Shown: piece by piece, positions 48,373 to 57,883 of the stretch
How the letters are laid out: each line of letters begins with the position of its first letter
Position numbering within the stretch: the stretch's first letter is position 1
Assembly (NCBI GenBank): GCA_963836075.1
Contig: CAWIIB010000009.1
Location: forward strand, 2,816,001-2,880,000
Source: an uncultured Acidobacteriota bacterium
GTDB lineage: Bacteria; Acidobacteriota; JAQAZP01
Length of the DNA: 64,000 nucleotides
Direction: 5' to 3'
Program-made: the position numbers and the translations under genes
The notes under the pieces: model-generated
The model's database searches: none
Seen by the model: only the letters and a program-made list of their open reading frames with translations
What the model was told of the DNA's origin: nothing

Positions 48373-50244
48373 GTGGGGGTGAAGCCGCTGGTCAGGGGAT
48401 GGATGCTGCGGGCGCTGCTCAAGCGGTTTCTGGCCTGGCGGCGGTTGCCCTGGCTGCTGGCCCTGCTGGCCATGCTGCTCTGTGCCCCGGCCCTGCAGCT
48501 GGGGTGGCAGATCGACGACCACTTCCACCGCGCTGCCATGACCAGGCCCGACCTGGCGTTTCTCGCCCGCTCGCCGGTGGGTCTCTTCGACTTCATCCGA
48601 GGCAGCGAGAACGTCCGCTGGTGGATTGCCGAGGGCTACGTCCCCTGGTTCACCAATCCCGACCTGAGTATCGGTTTCTTTCGACCACTCTCCAGCCTGA
48701 CCCACTGGCTCGACTATCGGGCCTGGCCCGACGATCCGCGGCTGATGCACTTTCAGTCCCTGCTCTGGCTGGGGGCAGCGGTGCTGGCTGCCGGGTGGCT
48801 CTTTCGACGATTGTTCGCCACGGCCTGGGTTGCCGGGCTGGCCACCCTGCTCTTCGCTGTGGAGGACGCCCACGCCATGCCGGCGGTCTGGCTGGCTAAT
48901 CGCAACGCCATGATCGGCCTCTTCTTCGGTCTGCTGGCCCTGCTGGCCCACCACCGCTGGCGCCGTGAGAAGTGGTGGGCCGGGGCGGTGCTGGCCCCGG
49001 CGGCGTTCCTGCTGGCCCTGCTGGCCAACGAGGGCGCCCTGGCCATCGGCGGTTACCTGCTGGCTCACGCCCTGTTCATCGATCAGGGGGCCTGGTGGCG
49101 GCGTCTGGGATCGCTGGTCCCCTGTGGCATCGTCGGGTTGGGCTGGGCCGTGGCCTACAGGGCGCTGGGCTATGGCGTCAGTGGCTCCGGGACATATGTC
49201 GACCCGGCATCCGACCCGCTGATCTTTCTCGGGCAGGCCGCCCGCAATGCGCCGGTCCTGCTTTTCGGCCAGCTTGGCTTCCCGGCCGATCTGGTCTACC
49301 TGATGCCGTCGGATGTGGGCCGGGCGGTCTGGCTGGCCGCCCTGGTGGTTCTGCTGATCGCCGTGGCTTTGCTGCTGCCGCTGCTCCGCCGGGACTGCCT
49401 GTCCCGGTTCTTCTTCACCGGCATGCTGCTGGCCGTCCCCCCGGTCTGCTCCACCACCGCCTCCACCAGGCTGCTCCATTTTGTGGGGATCGGAGGGATC
49501 GGACTGCTGGCGCTCTTCCTTTCCGGTGTGCTGTCAAGGGATCGCTGGGTGCCGCGCGGGCGGTGGTATGGCTATCCGGCCCGTGCGGTGGTGCTGCTGC
49601 TGATCATCGTCCACCTCGGCCTTTCACCCATTGTCCTTTCCCATACCGCCGCGCATGTCAGGCAGGCGGGGAAATTTCTCGGGGCAATGGAAGCGGCAAG
49701 CCTTTCGTTCCTCGGCCCGGAGATTGAACAGCAGGTTCTGGTGACGGTCAACACGCCCACCGTGGCCATCAACACCTATGGCTGGCTGATCCGGGTGCTC
49801 CACGGCGGTTCCTGGCCACTGCGCAGCCCGATCCTCGGCTCCGGAGTTCAGCCGCTGGAGATCCACCGCATTGATGAACGGACGCTGCTGTTCACGGCGG
49901 ATGGAGGGTTTCTTTCACATCTTGGCGCCCCGGTTACCGGTGAGGATGCGCCCCCGTCCGTGGACGTCAGGAACATGTATCGCATGTTCGACCTGATCTA
50001 CCGCGGCGACCAGCCGTTCACCGCGGGCCAGCGCATCGAGCTGGCCGACCTGAAGGTGGTGATCCGCCAGGTGACGTCGGACGGCCGCCCCGAGGCGGTG
50101 GCGTTCCGTTTCCACCGTCCACTGGAAGACCCGCTCTATTGCTGGCTGATGTGGGAGGATCAGGCCTTCATCCCCTTCACTCCGCCCGCGGTGGGGGAGA
50201 GCGTCAAGCTGCCGGCGGTGTCGGTGCCGTTTCCTGCAATTTGA
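48373..50244 (+). CDS. Polytopic membrane protein, possible GT-C (TMTC/PMT-like) glycosyltransferase
   Basis: DD after the first TM (QIDDH), FFRPLSSL, WLANRN, NEGAL. Start could be ATG 48403. Confidence 0.55.
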   Translation: MGVKPLVRGWMLRALLKRFLAWRRLPWLLALLAMLLCAPALQLGWQIDDHFHRAAMTRPDLAFLARSPVGLFDFIRGSENVRWWIAEGYVPWFTNPDLSIGFFRPLSSLTHWLDYRAWPDDPRLMHFQSLLWLGAAVLAAGWLFRRLFATAWVAGLATLLFAVEDAHAMPAVWLANRNAMIGLFFGLLALLAHHRWRREKWWAGAVLAPAAFLLALLANEGALAIGGYLLAHALFIDQGAWWRRLGSLVPCGIVGLGWAVAYRALGYGVSGSGTYVDPASDPLIFLGQAARNAPVLLFGQLGFPADLVYLMPSDVGRAVWLAALVVLLIAVALLLPLLRRDCLSRFFFTGMLLAVPPVCSTTASTRLLHFVGIGGIGLLALFLSGVLSRDRWVPRGRWYGYPARAVVLLLIIVHLGLSPIVLSHTAAHVRQAGKFLGAMEAASLSFLGPEIEQQVLVTVNTPTVAINTYGWLIRVLHGGSWPLRSPILGSGVQPLEIHRIDERTLLFTADGGFLSHLGAPVTGEDAPPSVDVRNMYRMFDLIYRGDQPFTAGQRIELADLKVVIRQVTSDGRPEAVAFRFHRPLEDPLYCWLMWEDQAFIPFTPPAVGESVKLPAVSVPFPAI

Positions 50245-50254
50245 TTGTCGTTGC

Positions 50255-50305
50255 GTGCACAATATTGGGGTCACCCATATGGTGCATGACCCCCAAATTG
50301 TGCAC
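50255..50305. repeat. 19-bp imperfect inverted repeat (REP-like)
   Basis: gtgcacaatattggggtca ... tgacccccaaattgtgcac, 2 mismatches. Confidence 0.75.
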
Positions 50306-50306
50306 C

Positions 50307-50334
50307 AAAAAAAGCCCGCCGTTGCCGGCGGGCT
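50307..50334 (-). terminator. Rho-independent terminator of the C25 peptidase gene
   Basis: Minus strand agcccgccg-gcaa-cggcgggct followed by a T-run. Confidence 0.85.
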
Positions 50335-50360
50335 GGTGGTACTTGAAACTGTGGTGCGGC

Positions 50361-53072
50361 TCAGCGGCGGCCGCCGGCCACAATCACCCCGTATCCGGAT
50401 TGGTAGGCGTCGAAGGAGAGCTCGGGGATTTCCCTCACCTCTCCTTCGCCGTCGTGGTTCCAGACCTTCACCGTTGAGGGGTGGTTTTCTCCCGGCCCCG
50501 GTCCGGTGATGATCTCGTCCATGCCGTCACCGTCCACGTCGGCCGCGGCCACCGTGGCGCCGAAGGAGGTCAGGTCGGTGTAGGCCATGAAGTTGACCTG
50601 GCTGATCGGGGTCAGTGTCCCGCCGTCGTAGTTCCAGGCCCGGATGTGCGAACCGAACACGGCGGCCGGCCCCGGGGCGGTGATGATCTCGTCGATGCCG
50701 TCACCGTCGATGTCGCCGCAGGCCACCCGCACACCGTAGTGACTGGTGGCGTAGGCCATGAAGCTGACCCCGGAAATGGGGGTGGCCGCGCCGCCGTCCA
50801 CGTTGAAGGCGCGGACGTGGGGGCCGAAGACGGCGCCCGGTCCGGCGCCGGTGATGATCTCGTCCATCCCGTCACCGTCGATGTCGCCGGCGCAGACGTT
50901 GACGCCCCACTTCAGCGTGCCGTAGGCGAAGAAGTTGACGTCAGTCATCGGTGACCTCGTAGCGCCGTCGAATTCGAAGGCCCTGACGTGGGGACCGAAG
51001 ACCGCGCCAGGCCCGGCGCCGGTGATGATCTCGTCAATGCCGTCACCATTGAGGTCGGCGCAGGCCACGTTGACTCCATATTTCGGTGTGCCGTAGGCCA
51101 TGAAGCTGGTCCCGCCGCCCACCGGGGTGCCCTCGAAATCAAAGGCCCGCACGTGGGGGCCGAACACGGCGCCCGGTCCCGGGCCGGTGATGATCTCGCA
51201 AAGGCCGTCGCCGGTGATGTCGCCGCAGGCCACGTTGACCCCGAACTCCGCGACACCGTAAGCGGTGAACTCGGAAGAGGCCGTGCCGCCGGCGTCCGGG
51301 GCAAAGGTGCGCACCAGCGGGGTGTTGGCCGGCCCCGGTCCCGGGCCGGTGACGATATGGGCCGGCGCGGGCGGCTCGGCGGTGCCGATGACCCGCAGCG
51401 AGGGGTCGCCGAAGATGATCCAGGTGTTGAACATGTCCACGCCGCCGCCGCCGTACTCGTCCATCATCGAGCAGGAGCCGGCAAAGCAGAGGGCACCGTA
51501 GCTGTTGTAGCCCTGGTCGCAGACCAGGAAGTTGTAAGCGTCCTGGGCCTCCATGGGCGGGTCCCAGGACTGGTTGATCGAACTCATGTAGGCTCCCACC
51601 GCGCCGGAGGGCTGGCCGTCGCTGGTGGCCCGCAGCCAGGCTTCACCGAAGCAGGTGGGGCCGTCAAAGTCGCCGTTGACACAGGCCACGCTGAAGATGA
51701 AGGGCAGCATACCCTGGTTGTTCAGTGCGTTGACGTGGGAGTTGGAGAAGCCGCTGGAACCCCAGGAGGTGGTGGAACCGTGGCCGGTGTAGTTGATGAT
51801 GCCGCGGCCCTCGTTGAGGGCGAAGCTGACCTGGGAGGAACTGGCCGAGGGGTCGTAGATGCGGTCCACCTCGCTGTAGCCGTTGGCCAGCAGCTCGTCA
51901 CGGATATTGTCCATGTGGTCGTCGTCGTACTCGTTGTCGTCTCCCGGCCCCTGGTTCGAGGCCACGCCCATGCCTTTCCAGTACCAGTCGGCCACGGTGG
52001 AGCCGTCGGTCTCGTAGGCGATGGTCCGCTGGACCTGGGTGTCCACGTCGTCGGCCGAACCGGCGGAGAAGCGGCCGACCAGGATGTCGGGGTAGTTGTC
52101 CCCGCCGGCCAGTTTGGAGTACGAGGGATCCGAAGAACCGCCCGAGGCCCGCGGCGTATCCACCTGGCTGCCGTCGCCCACCAGCAGCACGAAGGCCAGG
52201 TCGCTGCTGTCGAAGACTGTCTGGATGTGGCTCTTGATCGATGCGTGGTCGTTGCCGATGGTGGAGACGCCCACCACGGTGGCGCTGATCCCCATGGCCG
52301 TCCTGTGCGCGGCCAGCGGCTGGACATTGGGGATCCAGGCGTCGTGACAGATGATCAGCAGGTCGCCCTCTTCATCGAGCGCGGTGTAATCGGTCTGCCG
52401 GTAGTTGATGAAGTGCGTGCGGTAGATGTCTTCGAAAGAGGCGCTGCGCTGCCGCTGAAATCCGGTGCGGTCCACGACGTTGACCGTGTCCGCTGCGCCG
52501 GGCAGGATCTCCACAGTCATCTCGCGGCAGACCCGCAGCAGGCCGAGGGCCGGGCTGTAGCGGAAGGGGTTCACCGTCAGGACAGCGCCGCGGACGTCGC
52601 GCAGGATATACGGTTCGCCCAGGCCGGCTTCATCCGCGGGGAAAAAGGCGGCGCTCTGGTAGACCTTTCCGAAGCTGTAGGGAACGGTGGCCGGGTCCAC
52701 CGTGCGGAGGATGAAACCGCGGGAGGGGGCCACCCTGATCCCGCTCACCTCGTCCCACGTGCTCTCCAGCACGCGCACCGTCATCCGCCGGTCGTCGGGG
52801 ATGATCAGGCTGCGCGACACGTCGGGCAGGGCCGGGGCGCCGGCGATTTTCATCAGACTTTCCTTGCCCAGTCTGATCTCGGACCAGGGTTCCCCGCCGA
52901 TGTTGACGGTACGCTCGGTGAAGTCGGCGAAGCGGTAGTTGACCAGGATCCTGTCCGGTCCGTTCTCCAGCACCGTCACCGACACCGGGTCGGCGGCCTG
53001 CACGGCCAGGGCGGAGAAGGCCAAAAGGATGAGCAGAATGATGGCGGTCTTGAAGGTGTTCATCTTGTGCAT
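50361..53072 (-). CDS. Gingipain-like cysteine peptidase (C25 propeptide + C25 catalytic domain) with C-terminal 6-repeat FG-GAP-like module
   Basis: Signal peptide; GAPALP...APSRG propeptide; FVLLVGD, VGRFS, YTGHG and VAC dyad, FGDPSL; repeats 50364-51359. Confidence 0.9.
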   Translation of the reverse strand: MHKMNTFKTAIILLILLAFSALAVQAADPVSVTVLENGPDRILVNYRFADFTERTVNIGGEPWSEIRLGKESLMKIAGAPALPDVSRSLIIPDDRRMTVRVLESTWDEVSGIRVAPSRGFILRTVDPATVPYSFGKVYQSAAFFPADEAGLGEPYILRDVRGAVLTVNPFRYSPALGLLRVCREMTVEILPGAADTVNVVDRTGFQRQRSASFEDIYRTHFINYRQTDYTALDEEGDLLIICHDAWIPNVQPLAAHRTAMGISATVVGVSTIGNDHASIKSHIQTVFDSSDLAFVLLVGDGSQVDTPRASGGSSDPSYSKLAGGDNYPDILVGRFSAGSADDVDTQVQRTIAYETDGSTVADWYWKGMGVASNQGPGDDNEYDDDHMDNIRDELLANGYSEVDRIYDPSASSSQVSFALNEGRGIINYTGHGSTTSWGSSGFSNSHVNALNNQGMLPFIFSVACVNGDFDGPTCFGEAWLRATSDGQPSGAVGAYMSSINQSWDPPMEAQDAYNFLVCDQGYNSYGALCFAGSCSMMDEYGGGGVDMFNTWIIFGDPSLRVIGTAEPPAPAHIVTGPGPGPANTPLVRTFAPDAGGTASSEFTAYGVAEFGVNVACGDITGDGLCEIITGPGPGAVFGPHVRAFDFEGTPVGGGTSFMAYGTPKYGVNVACADLNGDGIDEIITGAGPGAVFGPHVRAFEFDGATRSPMTDVNFFAYGTLKWGVNVCAGDIDGDGMDEIITGAGPGAVFGPHVRAFNVDGGAATPISGVSFMAYATSHYGVRVACGDIDGDGIDEIITAPGPAAVFGSHIRAWNYDGGTLTPISQVNFMAYTDLTSFGATVAAADVDGDGMDEIITGPGPGENHPSTVKVWNHDGEGEVREIPELSFDAYQSGYGVIVAGGRR

Positions 53073-53677
53073 TCTCTTTCGAAGATAATCGTTCTGTCGG
53101 AACTATTGTCTGGTTGTCGGTCGGCTCTGTATCTGGTGTGCTGTCTGAGGTCGGTCCCCTCCATTGTCGCGGCGTTGGTTCCGGTCTCCTGCAAGACCGA
53201 TGCGGCCCCGATTGGATACCCCCCATACTTATCGGCCATTCCTCATGTAACCGATAGACTATCAGGAATTAAAATGAAAGCCAAGTTTAATGATGCGGAG
53301 CAGCGAAAAAGTTAGAAAACCTATGGGATTTATACTACACTACACCGTTTCCCCGGGCTTCAGTTGCAAAACGGACGAACCGTATTCAAGGTGGAACAGT
53401 GACCGGGCCGTGTCCGGATTGTGGCAATGATGTGCTGTTTTGAGGAATATTTTTAGCCTGACAGGTGGACATGGGTTGTTGACTGTCAGTGATCAACCTC
53501 TGCATGATTATTGCTTATAGTTATTATGTAAGGTAAGCGGGCAGCAGACCCGGCACAGGCAGGCATACTGGAAAATCAGTACAGGGATGATCCGGGAACG
53601 ATCACCCGAAGGGGAGATTGGTCCGGCCATTTTCCCGGTGGTTACACGCGGGAAACCGCTGCTGGAAAGTGTGATTC

Positions 53678-54304
53678 ATGTGGCTGAAGCGGATATTCGA
53701 CATTCTGGTTTCCACGGCCATGATTCTCGTAGCCCTGCCCCTGCTGGTGATTGTCTCCGTGCTGATCAAGCTCGATTCCTCGGGGCCAGTTATCTATCGC
53801 GGAAAACGAATGGGCAAGGGCGGTGTTGTCTTTGACATTCTAAAGTTCAGATCAATGATTCCCGATGCACAAAAGGTCGGACCAGATGTGACCTACAAGC
53901 ATGATACCAGGATCACCCGCTTGGGAAGGCTGCTTCGGAAAACCAAAGTAGATGAGCTGCCACAACTGTTCAACGTGCTGAGGGGTGAGATGAGTCTTGT
54001 GGGGCCGCGGGCCGAGGATCCGAAATACCGGCCGAGCTTCGAAGGCCGGTTCTGGCCCGTGCTCAGCCTGCCGCCGGGAATGACCGGGTTATCGTGGGTC
54101 AGAATGCACCGCTATCATGAGGAAAACATCGATCCGGGGGATGATCAGGAAAAGCACTACATCGAGGTATCGTTGCCCAGAAAGCTGGAGGTGGACCTCG
54201 AGTATGTGCAGACCCGCTCCTTCTGGCTGGACATCGAACTGATGCTGCGAACCCTGGTGGAGCTGATCAAGCGCCAACCGGAGCCGGTGGAGGATGAGGA
54301 GTGA
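53678..54304 (+). CDS. Priming sugar transferase (Bac_transf family)
   Basis: KRIFD, KFRSM, DELPQLFNVLRGEMSLVGPR, PGMTG. Confidence 0.93.
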   Translation: MWLKRIFDILVSTAMILVALPLLVIVSVLIKLDSSGPVIYRGKRMGKGGVVFDILKFRSMIPDAQKVGPDVTYKHDTRITRLGRLLRKTKVDELPQLFNVLRGEMSLVGPRAEDPKYRPSFEGRFWPVLSLPPGMTGLSWVRMHRYHEENIDPGDDQEKHYIEVSLPRKLEVDLEYVQTRSFWLDIELMLRTLVELIKRQPEPVEDEE

Positions 54305-55275
54305 GCGAGATCAAGCTGCGCAGATACGAACGAACCGACGGTGAACAGATCATTTCACTGGTCAACCTGGTCCAGGGGCACGTGCCCTTCACCATTGAAC
54401 GGTGGCGCTGGGAATATCCGGAATGCCAGGGCGGCCCGGCCATGGTCTGGGTGGCGGAACACGAGGGGAAGGTCATCGGGCACAACGGGAAGCTGCGGTT
54501 CGACTGCTTTGTCGATGGTGAGAAGGAAGGGATCCTCCTCTGGGTCGACGCCATGGTGCACCCCGACTATCGCCGTCGAAATCTTCACGCGGAGTTGAGC
54601 GGCTGCATCCTCACAGAATTCAAGAACGGTGGTGTTCCGTTGTCCATCGTGTTTCCCAACGAACGTTCGTTCCGGCAACTGGTGAAGGACGAGTGGGTCA
54701 AGGTGGCCCAGACCCCCGATCTGGCTGTGAACCCTGGTGAGTTCCACAACCCGCCGGCTGCCGGGGCTGTGGACGTGAGACCCGTGGCCCGGTTCGGCGC
54801 TGAGATGGAGGGCCTGCTTGCCTCGTTGAGATCGACATTCCGTTTTGCCCTGATGCGGCATCCGGCCTATCTCAACTGGCGCTATGTCGACAAGCCTGAC
54901 GACACCTATCTGCCCTTGCTTGCCCTTAAGGGAGGCCGGGTCTGCGGCTACATGGTTTACAAGCTGTTCGACAAGCCGGGTGAACCGAGACGTTCCCACA
55001 TCGTCGATATCTGGACCGATCCGCAAGACCGCGGGGCGATGACCGCGCTGGTCCGTCACGCCCTGGCCCTGGCCGTGGAAGCGAATTCTGTGGAACTCTC
55101 CACCTGGATGTTCCCCCATGCACCGGTCTACCCGGTTCTCGAAGAGCACGGGTTCGTGTCCCGGCCGAGAGACCGTTATCTTTTTGCCAACGTTTCGAAC
55201 CGCTGGGACTTCGGGGATGCCGTGGGGGATCCCGCGAACTGGTATCTGACGATGGGCGATTCCGACGTGTATTGA
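54301..55275 (+). CDS. GNAT-family acyltransferase associated with the polysaccharide locus
   Basis: MVHPDYRRR, FPN, YLNWRY, terminal GDSD. Confidence 0.8.
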   Translation: MSEIKLRRYERTDGEQIISLVNLVQGHVPFTIERWRWEYPECQGGPAMVWVAEHEGKVIGHNGKLRFDCFVDGEKEGILLWVDAMVHPDYRRRNLHAELSGCILTEFKNGGVPLSIVFPNERSFRQLVKDEWVKVAQTPDLAVNPGEFHNPPAAGAVDVRPVARFGAEMEGLLASLRSTFRFALMRHPAYLNWRYVDKPDDTYLPLLALKGGRVCGYMVYKLFDKPGEPRRSHIVDIWTDPQDRGAMTALVRHALALAVEANSVELSTWMFPHAPVYPVLEEHGFVSRPRDRYLFANVSNRWDFGDAVGDPANWYLTMGDSDVY

Positions 55276-55342
55276 GGCGAGCCCCGGCAAGCCGGGTCGA
55301 AGCGTTCTGGATGGCGACAACCCTGGGGATTGGACGTAAACA

Positions 55343-57058
55343 ATGGAAATCAATCAAAACAACATTTTCAGTTTCCGCAGCCTTTTCAGGCACCGCTTTT
55401 ATTACTTCCTGATCCCGTTCCTGCTGCTGCTCAGCATGGTCCTGGCGGTCACTTTCATTCTCCCGGTGAAGTACGAGTCTTCGGTCACCATGCTGTCGGA
55501 GAAAGGGAACATCTCCGCTGACGTGGTCCAGGCCTGGAGCACCAACTTTGTCGACCAGCGGATGGACGAGCTGCAGCAGGTGATCATGAGCCGCAACACC
55601 CTCAAAGAGGTGATCGAACGGAACGGTCTGTACAAGAAGTTCCTCACCGATCACACCATGGATGAAGCCATCGCAAAGATGAAGGAGAACATCAGTTACT
55701 CCACCACCAAGACCGATATCGTCAACCCCGGCGGCGGCCGACCGGTGCAGTCGATCCTCACCTTTGTCATCACCTTCAAAAACGGTGACCCGGAGGTCGC
55801 CCGCACGGTGACCGGGGAGATGGCCCAGCTCTACATCGACCGCAATACGCTGGCCATGGAGCGGCAGTTCGACGACACCATGTCCTTCCTCGAGTCGGAG
55901 CACCGTCAGCTTGAAACGGCGATTACCACGCTGGAAGGGGAAATCGCGGCGTTCAAGAGTGAGCACGTGGACCAGATGCCCGAGTTGATGTCCACCACGC
56001 TGCAGGCCCTGGCCAAGCTGGAAACCGATATCGAGAACCAGGTCCTCTCGATCCAGAATCTGCGGGAACGGAAGCTGGAGCTGGAGGGAAGCCTGAAAAA
56101 AACCGACCCTTACGGTTCCATGGTCCAGTCCACCGGCGAGAAGGTGACGAGCCCCGAGGAAAGCCTCGATTCCCTCCGGTTCGAGTACATCTCCAAACGA
56201 TCGTCCATGTCGGAAAAGCACCCGGACATCATTTCGCTGAAGAAACAGATCACGGAACTGGAGAAGGTGGTCTCCCGGAGGTCGGAAGCAAACGACCTGC
56301 GGAAACAGCTTCGGGTTCTCGAAACCCGCTCGGCTGAAATGAGCGGCGGGATGTCCGCCGATCATCCCGACGTGGTGGCGCTGAACAGTGAGATCGCGAC
56401 ACTCCGTGCGGCGCTGGACGGGTTGACGAACCAGATTTCCGCCGCTCAGGAGGATCAGGCGCGGGATCCGGACAACCCGGCCTATATCGAGCTGGAGACC
56501 CAGCTGGCCATCGTGAATCTCGATATCCAGGAGAGCATGAACAGCCTGGAGCAGATGAAGGGAAAACGAAATTCCTACTCCTATCGTGTCCGCTCGATGC
56601 CGGGGGTGGAAGAGCAATATCTTTCCCTGACCCGCAATTACGAAAGTCTGAAGAGTGAATACCAGGATGTCAGCAACAAGCTCACCGAAGCGAACAAGGC
56701 CAGGAGCCTGGAGTCGGAGCAGAAAGGGGAGCGGTTCACCATTCTTGAGCCGGCCAACTTGCCGAGCAAGCCGACGTCGCCGAATATCCCGGTCTATCTC
56801 ACACTGGGCCTGGTGCTGAGCCTCCTGGTCGGCGTGGGGGCCGTCTATCTCGCGGAACTGACGGACACGACGATGAACACGGCCGTAGACCTGCGCCGGG
56901 CCACCGACCTGCCGGTGTTCATGTCGATCCCCTTCATGGAGAACCGGGAAAACCGGATGTGGCGGTTCTTCCGGAGAATCCTGATCATCACGGCGCTGGT
57001 CGCCGTGCTCGGTCTCGCCGCGCTGGTAGTCGGGTACTACCTGGTGAACTTCACCTAA
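55343..57058 (+). CDS. Polysaccharide co-polymerase (GumC/Wzc N-terminal type) with an extra C-terminal TM
   Basis: N-terminal TM, long coiled coils with two HPD(I/V) motifs, GERFTILEPANLPSKPTSPN, TM. Confidence 0.9.
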   Translation: MEINQNNIFSFRSLFRHRFYYFLIPFLLLLSMVLAVTFILPVKYESSVTMLSEKGNISADVVQAWSTNFVDQRMDELQQVIMSRNTLKEVIERNGLYKKFLTDHTMDEAIAKMKENISYSTTKTDIVNPGGGRPVQSILTFVITFKNGDPEVARTVTGEMAQLYIDRNTLAMERQFDDTMSFLESEHRQLETAITTLEGEIAAFKSEHVDQMPELMSTTLQALAKLETDIENQVLSIQNLRERKLELEGSLKKTDPYGSMVQSTGEKVTSPEESLDSLRFEYISKRSSMSEKHPDIISLKKQITELEKVVSRRSEANDLRKQLRVLETRSAEMSGGMSADHPDVVALNSEIATLRAALDGLTNQISAAQEDQARDPDNPAYIELETQLAIVNLDIQESMNSLEQMKGKRNSYSYRVRSMPGVEEQYLSLTRNYESLKSEYQDVSNKLTEANKARSLESEQKGERFTILEPANLPSKPTSPNIPVYLTLGLVLSLLVGVGAVYLAELTDTTMNTAVDLRRATDLPVFMSIPFMENRENRMWRFFRRILIITALVAVLGLAALVVGYYLVNFT

Positions 57059-57110
57059 CGCTGGAATTTGCTGGCAGTGCGCCACGAAATATGCCTGTCA
57101 CGTAGGGAGC

Positions 57111-57815
57111 ATGATGACGATGGCCAGAATGGTCGAACTGGATGTGCAGAGACTGAACGAACACCGGGTCTTGGCCGACACCGAAAGCGGGCCGCTGCTC
57201 GACCGCTACAAACTGCTCAAGACCCAGATCCTGCAGAGCGAGCTGAAGCGCGACGCCCGGACTCTGATGATCACCAGCGCGGTGATGGGGGAAGGCAAGT
57301 CGACCACGTCGTTGAACCTGGCCGTGGCCTTCTCGCAGGAAATTGACCGTAAAGTCCTGCTGGTGGAGGCCGACCTGGCCCACCCGTCGTTTGGCAGGAT
57401 TCTCGACCTCGATCCGGATTCCCCGGGCCTGGTGGACCATCTGCTGGACGGCCGGCCGCTGGAAGACCTGCTGATCCAGAGCAGTGTCAGCAACCTGATG
57501 ATCCTGCCTGCCGGACGCAGCGTACCCAATTCGGGGGAGCTGCTGGGATCCCGGCAGATGAAAAAACTGGTCGATGATCTGAAAGGGCAGTTCCCCGACC
57601 GCTTCATCATCTTTGACACATCGCCGGTTATCGAGTCCGCCGATGCGCTGGTCTTCTCGGAACTGGTTGACGCCATCCTGCTGGTCGTCGCGGCGGGAGA
57701 GACGCCGGTGTCCCGGATTCGAAAGGCCCAGGAGATCCTGGAGAACAAGAACCTCATCGGCCTGATGCTGAACAAAGCCAGGCGGGAACCCGCCACCGGG
57801 AGAAAACGGCCCTGA
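57111..57815 (+). CDS. CpsD/CapB-family BY-kinase-like P-loop protein
   Basis: ITSAVMGEGKST, LLVEADL, IIFDTSP; no C-terminal Tyr cluster. Confidence 0.88.
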   Translation: MMTMARMVELDVQRLNEHRVLADTESGPLLDRYKLLKTQILQSELKRDARTLMITSAVMGEGKSTTSLNLAVAFSQEIDRKVLLVEADLAHPSFGRILDLDPDSPGLVDHLLDGRPLEDLLIQSSVSNLMILPAGRSVPNSGELLGSRQMKKLVDDLKGQFPDRFIIFDTSPVIESADALVFSELVDAILLVVAAGETPVSRIRKAQEILENKNLIGLMLNKARREPATGRKRP

Positions 57816-57883
57816 TCGGCCTGGCCCCGCAGGATTCGAATCACCATCAGCCTGTACAGTAATTAGAAGGAAGCACCACCAAG

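Noticed and set aside
50361-50600. T9SS C-terminal domain or PEP-CTERM tail on the secreted proteins
   Set aside because: No YPNP / GxY / KxxK pattern and no PEP-TM-basic tail at any C-terminus in the window.
39374-51359. Regularly spaced DNA repeats resembling a CRISPR array
   Set aside because: They are in-frame coding repeats of FG-GAP-like units with synonymous variation, and there are no cas genes.
53421-53565. Sigma54 promoters or an ops/JUMPstart element upstream of the polysaccharide locus
   Set aside because: TGGCAATGATGTGC and CGGCACAGGCAGGC have GG-N9-GC spacing rather than N10; GCGGGCAGC is not the GGCGGTAG ops core.
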